A DNA stretch of 64,000 bases from Asterias rubens (Eukaryota): assembly GCF_902459465.1 (NCBI RefSeq), contig NC_047065.1:5146001-5210000 (forward strand), written 5' to 3'. Of this stretch, positions 35,379 to 55,699 are shown piece after piece. A model generated the notes under the pieces. It saw only the letters and a program-made list of their open reading frames with translations. It searched no databases and had not been told where the DNA came from. The translations under genes were made by a program, and so were the position numbers. Within the stretch, counting starts at the first letter, position 1. Every line of letters starts with the position of its first letter.

Positions 35379-36452
35379 TTTAAAAAAAAACCTGTGTAGA
35401 ACCCTACCATTAGTAATGGCATTGTAAAACTAACAAATTTTCAACGAAAAATGTAAAAAAGATAATTCAATATATCCAGTTTTCAATAGAAATTCCCCAA
35501 CCATACGGAATAAAATAAAAGGCCATACAAATATTACATGAAAATTATATCCCAGTGACCTGCCACCGCAGATATTGGATTACGTTGTTTTTTCGGAAAT
35601 TTAATTACACCGCCCGGAATTAACAAGAAAACAAAAAAAAATTGTCCGCTGGTGACACACGTGTGTTTGACTCGCACAAATCGCCGGCCGCGTTTAGGGG
35701 GCTTGTGTGAAGATGATCTGAGTCATAGTGTTAGGCAATGATGAATTGAAAAGCCCTGTGGATACGCACTACATCATTGTCTGCTCGACTGGTTGCATAA
35801 ACCCACAATGTATACAATGCCCCCAGTAATGTGAAGATGTTATTAGTATGCACGGCCGGCGCGGCACTTTTCTTTTTAATCACGTAATCCAGCAGCAGTA
35901 GCCCTCTCCTCTCTTTCTTTTTTGTCTCTTCGTGGTGGGACGACTGGCTAAGGATGGCCTTTTTTCTGAGTCGGGTCACCCCGGAAGATTCTGTGTCATC
36001 CTGAGAGAGTGGATATGAGACTGTGATGCAATATTTTTTGTTTGTGTTCAACCTTACTGCTTCTGCTTGATATTGGGCAAGCACCCCACCAGTCGACTGG
36101 TTATCACAAACCTCAAATTCTTATTTGGTTACTTGGAAGTTCTTTGGGATTTTTTTTTCTCATAAGGTCAGTAAAGGAATGAATTTTGAAATTTTTTGCA
36201 CGATTTCTCTTTAGAATGATAGCAAAATGTTGCACAATGTGTATCACGATCAAAAATCATCATTTGCCACTCAATATTATAATTAGCATTTAAAATATAT
36301 TGAATTTGTTGCAATTTACCGTTGATGGGTGTATGGGGCTTCTTCGGGGAGGGCAGAGGGGTAAATTTGACACAGATAAAACATAAAAAGTGATTTTTGT
36401 ATTCTGTGTTGATTTGTTTCCTTCTTTTTGCCTTGCCGCATTTAGGAGGCCA

Positions 36453-36598
36453 ATAGGAGACTTTCCAACGCTAGGCGGCAGCAGACATACCGGGTAAATT
36501 TCCATTGTTTACGTAGTTCTGAACATGCGCATAATTCTGAGAACAATGGATTTACCCGGTAAGTCTGCTGCCCTCTATCGTCCCAGAAAGTCTCCCAT
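36453..36598. mobile_element. Palindromic MITE (GGAGACTTT..CGCTAGG(C/T)GGCAGCAGAC TIRs), copy 1
   Basis: ~55-bp inverted arms; homologous to 43153-43297. Confidence 0.8.
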
Positions 36599-38557
36599 TG
36601 GCCCACTTCATCATAATATATATAATATATGTTTACTAATTACGTGTACATAATATTACATGTTGGCTTATTCTTGACAAAATCATTTTCTATTGTGTCA
36701 ACAGATCATTGTACAATTTATGATTTTGGGGGATTCGCAGCTTCAACAGAAAACCAGACAAATTGTACTGCTGTCTTTAGGTCAACTTATCAATTAAAAA
36801 TTACAGGTATCAGCATTTATTTTCACAATTTTAGGGACTATCAACCGTTTTAAACGTTTTAAAGATTACTTTTGAGGACTCCTTCCTCCCCAAAGTAGTA
36901 TTAAATTTATCAAAATGTGTCTTTCAAAATGTATGTACTTATTAATTTAAAATGTTGCACACCTCTTAAAAGTCATACATGGTCCCCCCCCCCAAAAAAA
37001 AAAAAAAAAACCTACAACCCCCTCCCCCCACCCAATACTCTTTGTATGAGCATAAAAAGGTTGGCAACTCTGAACGGTTGGACGGCCCCTTAGTCCTTTT
37101 AACTGTAACCTTACCTTTGTAAAAGTTGGTCATCATAGACCGATACAATAATTTAAATATAAAATCAAACAAATTGATGCTTTTTCCCTAAAATCTTGTG
37201 GGACATAAACCAATAAATGTAGCCCCTATGTGAGGTTTATGGTGCTGTATAATTTGAACCAGTTTCTTAGTAGCAAAACGGTAATTTTAGTAAATAACCT
37301 ACATTGCAGCAAAACATTTCCCAAAAGGGTCTATTTTAAATGGTTTTATAACATGTATAAAGCATGAGTAGGCTTGGCCTCTGTAGCCAAGCATGCAGTA
37401 CATTGTACACTTCTGGTGTCTATTTAAAAAATAGAAGAAACTACACGTATACACTACATCCATGAACAATGAATGTACAGTATGTTTATAGGCATGGTCA
37501 AATGATTCACCCCCACCCTCCAATCACATTAACATGTCCACCATGAAATGAATAGGGGAACATTCTAAGTAACCAAATCAATGCTAAGTGCTAGGCACTT
37601 AAATGCAAAAATTGTTGTGGTGGATACAGGGATGATACATGTAGTTAAAAAAAATGCACATATACAATGTACTCACTGTGTGTTTGTTAAACCATAATTA
37701 TGTGTACAATTGTATGTGTTGGTAACATTCCGAGGTTATTGTATGGTTTTACAATGAATACTTTGTAATGTATGTTATGCATAAATTGTGTCTAATACAG
37801 TATACCAATACAAGGGCTGCACGATTGGATGCAATGCAAATAAGGCATCAGACTCAAATATGTATTGTTTAGGACCTTTTTTTTTCTTCAATCAAAACCA
37901 GAACAAATCTACATAATTGGTTTGTCCATTTGTGTGTAATTTGTTTACCTAGACACTTCAACTAAAAGTGATCCTTGTTATGGTCAGTTTTAAAAAAGGG
38001 AGATTAATAATAAATCTTTACCTTTCTGTACAGTAGATGTGCATTTGTACATGTAGTTCTTCAATTAACTGAATTGTCATTTATTAGTCTTATAGCCATT
38101 ACCTACCCTTCGAAATCCAACCTCATGTTTAGTTTGATGCAGTGTAGTATTTAAGGTGACTGTTCTTAATGTTCAGATCCGACATAAATCAGAGTTCAAC
38201 ACTTTGGATAATGAGTAACCATGTATGGTGTTAGATTTTGTCTGAGTGATGAAGGATTCTTGTGAGTCACTCAAAAAATTGTGTCTTAAACACATCATTT
38301 ACAATATTTTTCTTCTGATTTTGTCTCCACAGGAACCAAACATGAGCTTTGGACCAAGATCGGCCTAGTTTTTGCCAAGGACAAAAGAACCATTGATTGA
38401 ATTCTTCAAGTTGTTGGCGATGCGCGTCATCGTCATTCATCACTTCCTGTGTCTGATATTCCGAAAAGAAAGTAGTGTACGTTCCTTGGAGTCTTCCTTC
38501 ATGTGATTGATTTGTCAATGAAGTTCACCTGCCGTTGGTAAGGTGCTAGGACTAATC

Positions 38558-45582
<7,025 letters not shown>

Positions 45583-46307
45583 AACCATTCCAACTCTAAC
45601 CCTTATGATGATACAGTACCGCTTACCGACCCCCTGTGATATCCCATGGAAAACAACAGTTTAGAAATCATGTGAGGTATTAATAATGTTTTTCTACTGC
45701 AATCAGAGAAATAGACTGAAGTCCCGTCATCATCGGTAAGGATAAAAACAGGCACACTGGTCACACTATTTTGCGTTTTGAACCTAAAATGCCAAGCTTT
45801 GTAAGGTTTTTCGAAAATTTGTGTAAGCACAAAAGTAATTCTCACCAAACAAAATGTATCTTGCTGCCTCGTTTCACCTTGGTACATCCCAAAATCAATA
45901 TTATTTCTTGAGTGATAGTGCCCTGTCATGATAACATGTCTATCATGGGTTGTACTCGTACTATTTATGACACTTTTTTCAGTACATATAAAAACATCAA
46001 ATATATCGTACGTACGATACTTAATGCCTTGATACTTTGTGTTTAAGCAGCCCTATATAATGGGTGAATAACTTTGTAGAGAATAACATGGGCTTGACAA
46101 CCAGGGCTGGGAGAAAAGCGCCCTCTAGTGTTGATAAATTACAATGATGAAAAACCTGTCTCACATTCCAACTCATTACATTCTATAAATCAATGTAACA
46201 CTGAAACCAAATATTACCCAGTAATAATAACCATTCCAATTCAATGTGTTCATCCAATCAGAATAGCAGCTGGTACACGTTATGAAATATTTTTCAAAAG
46301 ATCCTAT

Positions 46308-46490
46308 TCACAACGCGCAACGCACATTAGGGTGTCAAAACGTGCACAAAAGGAATAGACTCCGCCCACAAAAGGCAGAAATGGTGGATGTGCATTGTTC
46401 GGAGGTGCCTGAACACTGTACCATACATTTGTGCACGTTTTGACACCAAAGATGGCTGACAGGATACACGCGTGTTTGTGCGTTGTGCAT
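46308..46490. mobile_element. Palindromic MITE-like element
   Basis: caacgc..ggtgtcaaaacgtgcacaaa / tttgtgcacgttttgacacc..gcgttg inverted arms. Confidence 0.65.
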
Positions 46491-48782
46491 AACTTATTTC
46501 CTGTTTCCGCCAGAACTTCCTTAGCTTCTTGAAATATGTGAGACTCTTCAATACAGTGAAGCGATAATACTTCTAATTGATGTTAGTTTTGCATCGGGAT
46601 AACAAAAGTTTTTATTTACCCTTACACTGATGTTAAATAAGCACTGTATACTGTTACTCGGTACTTTCCCGAGTTCTGTGGAGTGATTTGCATGTAGATT
46701 TTTTTTCACAGAACTCAGGAAAGTACCTAGTATACAGAACTTAATACACATTGGTGTAATGGTAAAAATACAAGTATTATACTGCTTCTGCTGTATCATA
46801 TAAATATGCATGTACAATTACAATGTATGTTCTAGTTACTAGATTTTTCTTTCCAGTTATTCTGCATATTTGTGAGTAGAATCGTCTAAAACTATCGCCA
46901 GCGAGTTAGCTTTGAGTTTTTCGGTAGTTCTGTTTAATTATGTATTGTCAGTATTAAGTCAACTTTAAGACAATTTGACAAAGTTTATAATGTTGTTGTA
47001 CATTTGGATTTTTTTTACAACCATTGGGCACAAGCCAGTACTTGACTGTCTTCATTGATGTCAGATGCCCTGTATACATAAAGCAGTTATGAGTACCGAT
47101 TCTAAAGTATAATGGAGGGACAAGGCTGTTTAACCTTCCAGTCTCAGACCTTGTCTAAAATAGCGACTTCGGCATGCGTCTTTCTATTCTTTAACAATCG
47201 CAGATGCGCTGATCTAGCTGTAGCTGTAGCCGGAGTCGCCGTTTCGTACAGGACCTTATTACAAATCATGTCAAATTTGAATGTAAGAAATTCCATTTCT
47301 GTTTTACCTTATAAAATTTAATCGGATAAAGAAAATATTGGGCTTGAGTCTTTTGTGAGGAAACAAACTGTTCGGCCGTGTCCAAATTGTCGGTTTCCTT
47401 TGTGTCCAGGGTGCCAAAAGGTAAAATTCTTGAATGTTGCTGCAGTTAAAGTTTAAGTAGCTTTGTGAAATTTGGACCCAGTGTTCATACTTAGTTTTCT
47501 TGCATATAGGTTAGACCCACCTTGTGTAAAATGTGCTAGTAAAACATGTTCTGTATTGTGACCATTGTGATTTGTAATCGTAATGTTGTGAACATGTACA
47601 TAGAACGCAACAATCCTGGCCAAAATGTTTGGGCCATTTGAAAACTAAACATACCCTCCCCCGTTCCCCAGGCCTTGGGTCAAGTTCGTGCAAGGACTAT
47701 CGTTGACCAAAGTTTGACTAAGTTTGCTCGAACTCTATCTAGGCGACGATAGTTTACTACGCTAGTCGACTGTTTGGAACCAAGCTAATTCCGGGCGGGC
47801 ATGTTTGCATCGCTGGTTACCAGTAGCCGTTTTCATAGCCAGCGCAGAGTGGACAAAATAATTACATGTGTTAAGTCGAAAGTCATGTTGATGACATGAC
47901 TACATTCGTTTGCACTACAACTTATGTGTGCATGCCCTACATGGGTCACTAAACAACCACACTTAAACGTTGATCCTTGCGTGAACTTGACCCCAGGTGG
48001 AGCACAGACTGCGCAATAAGAGCCACCATTGAACAGGGGTGGGGGCCCAACAAGTTAGAGCCGGGATTGTTGGTAAAAATAATCACCTCAACCACAATGT
48101 ACATATCAAACACTGTGCCTATTAGACTTGTATGAGTCACTCTTGAAGAATAGTCAAACCTCTGAAGGCAGATAAGCAAAGGCTTTACTAATGTTACTCT
48201 GGTTTTAGAAAATTTGTGTGTGAAATTGTCTTACTTGGCTGTTAAACCTTTGGTAAAAACTACTAAGGGTATTGACGAGGGACTGATCTGACATAAATAC
48301 TGGAATGTTTTATGATGTGGTTCTTGCATTGACATTGTGCATTCCATTGGTTGATGGTCAGTTGGACGAACTTGCCAAGCAATCGTTCTTTGATTCCCCC
48401 AGAAAATTTAACTTATAAACTCTAGCAGAACTTTGTTATGGCTGCCTAGAAAATTACTGGCAACGATATTTGTCTTATTTCATGGTGAAATTGTTCTGTA
48501 TCACAGAAAAAAAACGAATGCCACAATGACTAAACTTTATTTGTTGTAGGAGTACGTACAGGTATGGACCACAAAAGGGGCTGGACTAGACCATAAACAG
48601 CATGTGAAATGAGAAATTACTATCAGAAAATGTTGTTTGTTAACTTTATTTTTGCCATGGAATATCATGAAATACACATTTTTTTACACATACTTTACTT
48701 CCAGATTGTATTCTTTTATGTTTGAATGCCTCAAACAAATGTTTCATAAGTTGATAATCATTGACACCTTGACGTAGGCCTA

Positions 48783-48981
48783 TTGATTTCGAGACCTCAG
48801 AATCGATATCAAGCATCTGATAGCACACAACTTCGTGTGACAAGGGTGTTTTTTCTTTCATTATTATGTCGCAACTTCGATGGCCAATTGAGCTCATTTT
48901 TTTTATTTTATGCATGTATATGTTGAGATGCACCAATTGAGAGGACTGGTCTTTAACAATTACCAATAGTGTCCAGTGTCT
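48783..48981 (-). mobile_element. Kolobok-like MITE family A, half copy
   Basis: One TIR, TTAA and internal sequence. Confidence 0.8.
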
Positions 48982-50026
48982 TTAAAGAGCTGAGTGCCAC
49001 AACTGACTTAATGGATATCATTTATTTACATTCACGTTATTTCCTAAACTATTGACTACATGTAAGTAACTTATCTTGTTTAAGCATCCACCTTGTTTTT
49101 GTTTAAGTATCCACCATGTTTTTGTATTAATGTATCTGTTTATCTGGTTCCTTTATTTATATTTGTATTCTTGATTGCCCAAGGTTCTGTGAAAGGAATG
49201 AAAAGTCCACAGGCATGTCACTCGGATGGGATTCAAACCCACAACCTTTGCCATGCTAGCATATGTCATATGACTAGACAGGAAGCACGGTGGTCTAGCT
49301 GTATAAGATATTGGGCCCAATTTCATGGCTCTGCTAACCACCAAAATTATGCGCTTGCGATCACCATTCTTTGCTTACATTGCAAATGCTAAATCTTAGC
49401 AGCAAATGACTTGTTACATGGAGTACGCACACGCACAAACAAAAATTCCCCTGCTTACCTGTGACATATGCTTGACGTTAACATGGATTTCGCTGCTTCT
49501 ATAGCACCGATTCTTTGCCTACAGAAAGCAGAGCCTTTAAATTAGGCCCGACCCAGCATGATAAAGCAAAAGCTATCTCATTTTTCCTCATTTTAATAGT
49601 GCTTTAAATTTTTGTATTCAGTATTTATTAATATTTATATTTTATACATATATATATATAAATGTTTGTTCATGTGAAGTTATCATTTTGGTCCACTGTG
49701 ATGTAAGCTTGTATGTGCTTGCAATAAGAATATAAACCATTCTTGCAGGCATGCAAGTTCTTCTTATTTTTTACTAAAAGTACTTATTTTGTTCATTTTA
49801 GAGCAACAATGCCTGTGAAAAGCACTAGTACATAGCTCAATTGATCCTGAAAAAAACCTTTAAAAAGCAATTTGCTAGTTCTACTACCTGCTACAGTAAT
49901 GACCTATTAAAAGCAAATTTAGACAATGCTGAAAGCAGTAGTCTATAGCTTCTGATGAAACAATTGATAACGTTTTTGGGGGATTTTATTACTCAAAAGT
50001 AATAGCTTGTCTATTTGGTTTACATT

Positions 50027-50172
50027 CCTGACTGGCATCGTCGAACAAAGATATTGACAAAATAGGGCACCACCAATACGGGGCTAGATAGCTTGGTTGG
50101 TAGAGCTCCGATACGTTAATCCAAAGGTCGTGGTTCAAATCCCAATCTAGTTAATTCTTTGTTCAACCCTAA
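50027..50172 (+). mobile_element. Repeat with a degenerate tRNA(Lys-like) cassette
   Basis: cgaacaaagatattgacaaaatagg..gggctagatagc..ggttcaaatccc..attctttgttcaaccc. Confidence 0.7.
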
Positions 50173-51337
50173 AAAATAGTTTACATTCCCTTCGAAATTA
50201 CAACCTTGTTTACAAAATTATTACTGACCATGCAATATTTTCTAAAAAGCTAAGAAACTTGTCCAAAGGGGTTATGGTTGACTCCACAGTAGCATTGGTT
50301 GTAATAACAGGCATCAAAACTACCTACTTGTATTGTATCATGGAAAATAACTTTTAACAAAGTCAACTTAAATAAAAAGTACTGTGAGTTTTAAAGCGCG
50401 ATGTCTCTGGTCATGTTTCTTTCCTACTCTGTTATAGGCACTCTGCGCCTGGACTTCATAAAAGTCCACGCTTTCTTGGAGTGTAAATTTAAAGTCGATT
50501 CTTATCTAAACAACTGTATGATTAGGCCATAGAGCAAGGACTAGGTCCTTGCTCTATGATTAGGCAAGCAAACAAAATGTATGTTTGACAGTCAATAAGT
50601 TTGGGACGGTTTGGGTTTTTTTCAAAAGTTGTCATTAAAAATCCAGAAGATTAGTTGGAAAGTGTCAAAAAAAGAAGAAATGATATATGTGTATTGAATA
50701 TATAGCAGTTTACCAACCCAAATTGACCAATGCAGACATGGGTGGTCAGGTTCAAATCTTACTGGGGGCACTACATGTATGTGGATTGGGTTGTCAGTCC
50801 CTACCTGTGTGGGTTTTCGCTGGAATAATTCTCTGGGGTTTTCCTCCCACATCTTAAACTGAGTTAAGTTTTGGGGTTTTGGCTAGTACAGTGATTAGGT
50901 TCGCTTTTCTGAGAGTAGTTGGTATCAAACCAGAAGAAATTAAATGAAATTATGACATGTCAGGGTTGTTTAAAAATATTTATATCTCCTATCAGAAACA
51001 AATGAAACCAAACGACAATATTAAAATTTTCTCAGTTTTATTTTATTGACATTGACATACGAATAAATCTGCAAAGTTTTCGATGCTCTTATTATTTTAT
51101 AAAAGATACACATGAAAATCAAATGTCACAACTCTGTGCTGTAAATTAGCAGACTATGAGTCACCTTGTGATCTACAATAACGACAGCGAATTACACCAA
51201 CAAAAAACCAATGATGGAATGTGCATTTTAACAACCAAGATATATTTTATTTTTAAACAACTGCAGTGTTGTACATTGTAGTCGGGTAAATTTTGGCCAA
51301 GCACCAAGTACCACCAAGTAGGGCCTACAAAGGTGGC

Positions 51338-51633
51338 CCAGAGTTATATATAAAAACTAGAGGGCGCACTACCCTATATACGCTACCCGGTATGCGCGCA
51401 GGCGAACATTTTCTAAGTTGACAAAATAGGCAGTGCACAGCGTGTGTTTGTGCGGCCATTTTGGAAGTTGACAAAACAGCTTCGCGTAGCGTTCAATAAA
51501 CACAAACTCCAACGTGTACTTCATATTCAGAGCGCGTACAGAATGGCGCGCCCTTGTCTCCTTGCGGTCCCGTCGCGTTTGCGCAAGAGGCATCACCAGT
51601 GCGCCCTCTAGTTCTTTTAATATAACTCTATGG
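51338..51633. mobile_element. MITE with CC(AT)AGAGTTATAT..ACTAGAGGGCGCACT TIRs
   Basis: ~33-bp imperfect TIRs; sits inside a GTAC-rich repeat array. Confidence 0.7.
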
Positions 51634-51635
51634 TA

Positions 51636-52070
51636 TGAGCACTACTCTCCCAAGTACCAATTCCAACAGCAGAGTAGAACTATTTGGCACTCCAAGTACA
51701 ACTACAAGTACCACCCAGTACAAAGGTAGCCGAGTACAAATGAAGTACTTGAGAACAAGACTAGTGTCCAAGTCCCAAGTAATCTTTGAGTACCATACCC
51801 AACAGCAGACTAGAAATATTTGGCACTTAAGTACAAGAAGTACGAGTACCATCTAGTACAAAGGTGGCCAAGTAGTACTTGAATACAATACCGGTACTGG
51901 TGCATAAGTCCCAAGCACTCTTTGAGTACAAGTTCCAAAAGCAGAGTTCAAGTACTTGGCTCTCCGAATACGAGTACAGGTACCATCAAGTACAAAGGTG
52001 GCGGATAAGTACTCCAGTACGAGTACTGGTGCCTAAGTCCCAAGCACTCTTTGAGTACAAGTTCCAAAAC
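51636..52070. repeat. ~135-bp GTAC-rich tandem repeat, ~3 copies
   Basis: AGTACAAAGGT(A/G)GC recurs at 51717, 51855 and 51989; the block aagtcccaagcactctttgagtacaagttccaaaa is repeated. Confidence 0.75.
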
Positions 52071-52915
52071 AGTTGTTTTTTCTTCGTTCAACCTCAAGTT
52101 CAAGATTCCTCATATTTTTTGCATAAAATTAAAAATTCATATGATTTTTACTAATACCATGCTACAAATATTTTTTTAAGCGACATAAATTATCACTACG
52201 GTAACCATTGGCATTATTGGATAATACATTAATTGATTATTTGCAAGTCATTCACAGTAAACATGCATTTTATTTTATTCTATGCCATGCCATGCCCCAA
52301 AAATTACAGAACATTGGAAATATCTGTATTCGTTGAAAATCTAGCACTAAATCCCCAACTCCAATCCTCAAACCCCATATCATTTCAAATGTACTCAGTC
52401 CATTTTTGTTGTGGTTTATAATATTTGAAAATCTAACACGTGACATCATGGCTTCAAATTGAGCCCTCTTGTGACAAACTGTTGACAGAGTTTGCGCTGA
52501 CTCAGACCATATGATTCTATTCCTGTTTTCGTTTGTTTGAAACGTAGCTGAGTATCAAGTGTCATTAAGAATAAGAAAATAGTTGTCAGTGATTAATTGT
52601 GGGCTCACCCAGCCAGCGCACAAACTTGCAAAATACAGCATTTCAAATACACAATGTACGACGCACTAACAACAAATATAAAACATTTATAAATATACCA
52701 TTCCAAATCAAACACAGTTGAGGCCAGTGCTCTGTGGCAGTTTTATCAGTTTGAAGCTCCAATGACAAAACTTTTCGGCATCACACTAGATATTCCTATC
52801 ATAAGACCGGGTAATCAAGTCGCCAAGCTCACTCTGTCTTGTCACTTAAGTTTAAAAAAAACGCAGGAATGCCCTAAACAAAAACAGCACAATCGTTAAT
52901 ATCTTCGAACGGTCC

Positions 52916-53965
52916 TCATGTGTAAACAACTCGCTCGACAGCAACGTAGAAGTTCTCCTTTGTTTCTAGATCATGGTAGCCTATAGGTCCAACCTCACAG
53001 TCGGCACATATAAGATACTTGATGCTCTTGACTGTGTTTGTGAAGCCAACGTTCTCAAATGTGTACATGCCCTCTATCAGCCAGAAGTCCTCTAGTTCCT
53101 CACCGTCGTTTGGCTCTTGATTCGCAGTCTTCACTTTCATATGCGGGAGGAAAAACTGGAAAGAAGATTGAGAACAGTTTAATTACTAAAGAAAAACGTT
53201 TGTTTTTGGCACATGTTATGATTGCCAAAGCGATGTCCCACCAGCATTAACAGTAATACTTTACAAATACATTACAAGCAGTACCTTCAACTGATTGGGA
53301 CACCTAGTGTACTAGGCGTGACACACAAGTCAAAGAGTAAAATCTCATTTCTCTTGTCTTGGACAAGAGAAACCACCCTACTGTACTGTAAATAAATGGA
53401 TAGTTATATATTTTTAATCTAGAAAATTGTTGCTTCAAACAAAAGATTTCTATAGAGGGAAATAAAGTGAACAAATCGCCAAAGATTGAAATAAATAGCA
53501 TTTTTAATAATTCAGATTTTTTTTCTAACTAAGTTTATCTCATCTGTATGCCACCACCACCAGCACCACTTTTTCATTTGTTATGAAGTAGGCCTAGTAT
53601 TCAATTTACTCAAATGAGGTGGTGGCAGGATACGGAAACTTTTCCCATTCTTTTATTGCATATTTCCAAATAATTTTATAGTCACTTATTTTTCATATCG
53701 CAACTGGTTAAGGTGCTCATAGTGCACAAAAACTAACCTTTTTTTGTGTGGCTTTTGCAAGGCCCGGCCGAAGTACGATGCTTTGACACCTTGCACACGC
53801 TAAATTCTTCACGTTCATGTTCTTTTCGTCTATCAGATCTTTGACTTTAGAGCTTGGAGTTGCCGAAGAGTTTTCCTCCGCCGACCCCGTTTTTTCGGCG
53901 GGCTTTTCCTCCACTGCTTCTTCTTCTGCCGGTACATCGACAACGGGTTCTCCGCCTTCCGCCAT
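52916..53965 (-). CDS. RABIF: Guanine nucleotide exchange factor MSS4 / RAB-interacting factor (2 exons, 155 aa)
   Basis: Exons 53965-53738 and 53155-52916, phase 0 GT-AG. Zn-binding CARC and CADC pairs; MYTFENVGFT and KYLICADCEVGPIGYHDL match the Mss4 family. Confidence 0.95.
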
Positions 53966-54283
53966 TGTTGGTTATTTCTTTATTGGTCTACTAGTATAGT
54001 ATGGTGCCTAAACCCCTCCCACCAACACACAGGCTTTCTGCTATCATAACACTAGGGTTGCGTTTTACGGGAAATTGATCGAGGGGCGGGGATTGTAACC
54101 AAGATTGGAGGGGGGTTACTTGTGGTAATTCTTCAGACAATGAAAAAGAGAGACAGATCAGGACGATGTTTTTGTATTAACAAAATATTTGTAAACTTAC
54201 CAAATGATCTATTATACGAGTCCAAAAGCAAGGCTGATTGTTGTAATACTGCCCTGCACCAAAAACCCACCCTCAGCCTTCCT

Positions 54284-54527
54284 GGGCCCAATGTCATAGA
54301 GCTGCTATAAGCACTAAAATTTGCTTAGCATGAAATTTCTTCCTTGATAAAAAAAGGATTACCAACAAAATTTCCATTTGATGGATATTGCCTGTTACTG
54401 GTATTTAGCTGTTGTTGGCTTATCCTGCAAACCACATGGAAATTTGGTTGGAAAACCTGTTTTTATGAAGGAAAAAATTTCATGCTTAGCAAATTTTTGT
54501 CCTTAGCAGCTCTATGAAATAGGGCCC
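54284..54527. mobile_element. MITE with GGGCCCAAT(T/G)TCATAGAGCTGCT TIRs (possibly Harbinger-like)
   Basis: TIRs gggcccaatgtcatagagctgct / agcagctctatgaaatagggccc; fragments at ~7020, 11175-11240 and 49313. Confidence 0.75.
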
Positions 54528-55577
54528 TGGGCCCATCTATCATAAAGCCTCAAGCACAACAATTTGCTTAGCTCAGAAAAGTTTTGCTTAACATAAACAG
54601 GTAACCAGCCAAACAATTACACTAAAAAATTACATTGTTGTGACTGCTGCCCACTCAATTTTTGTTTAGAAAAGAAATTTGTCAAGTAGTATTTTCTACT
54701 AAACATCTTTGAGAAATTGAGCCCTGAATACCACACAGTTACCATTGCCATTTCTACCTCCATGCCATTGCTGCGAGTACTCCGGTCGTTTCCTTGCTTA
54801 GCCAAGAAATTTGCTAAGCCGAATTTTCTGCTTAACAACTTTATGTTAGGCTAAATATTTTAGGCATACAATAATTTTCAAACATTGTATGACCCCATCA
54901 CACGTACGTCACTTGTACTGGTATTTTTATAGCACTTTTCATATAGGATAAGCGTCATTGTCAGGTCTTTGAGCAAAGGACTTCCAAAAATAAGTGTTCA
55001 GAAAATGTATTAAAAAAATCCAGCTGACATTGGAATTCAACTGTCAACGAGGAACACGTGATCAGAGCGATTACAATCGATCTACTCCATGACAAAGCCA
55101 AAAGTTATGCAAATTTCGCTTTCACCGCACCACAGATAGAATTCTTCTGTGTTAATTGTGTACGCCATGCAATCGTCAAATAAAAGCGCACTCTTCAAGT
55201 GATTCCATTTCAACACGGGGTGGCCTTTGTATCGTGTATTAATTGTGTATTCTTGTTTTTTGAAAATTCCTTAATACAATTATACAAATTACCACATAGG
55301 TCTTCAGTTTGGCTGTAATCTTCTCTTCTTTAAATTTAACACTTCAAACTCTCAGTATAACGTGAAACTAACGTTTGAAGGTATTTGAACACCCCTATTC
55401 AAGAAATGGAGTGACCGATTTCAATGTGCATATAAAACCAAAGCACGTGCGAAAAGTTACAATTCCATTTGGCCGCCGCTGCCAAGCTGAGTGGTTTTCC
55501 TGAAGCCGTCTGTTTGCTCGAAGATTCGTCCAGTTTTAATAGTGGTTGCTTTTTTTTCACGATTCAATTGCATAGTC

Positions 55578-55583
55578 TATAAA
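55578..55583 (+). promoter_or_regulatory. Candidate TATA box of the discoidin/ARIS-like gene
   Basis: TATAAA ~120 bp upstream of ATG 55700. Confidence 0.4.
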
Positions 55584-55699
55584 TGAGTAAACGCGACTGA
55601 CTTCCAATAGGCTGAATTAGAAACGTGTAAGAGCTTGTAATTTCTAGGCTCAAGAGTTCTATTTAACTTCCGAAAAAGGTCCACCGCCGAACTACGAGA

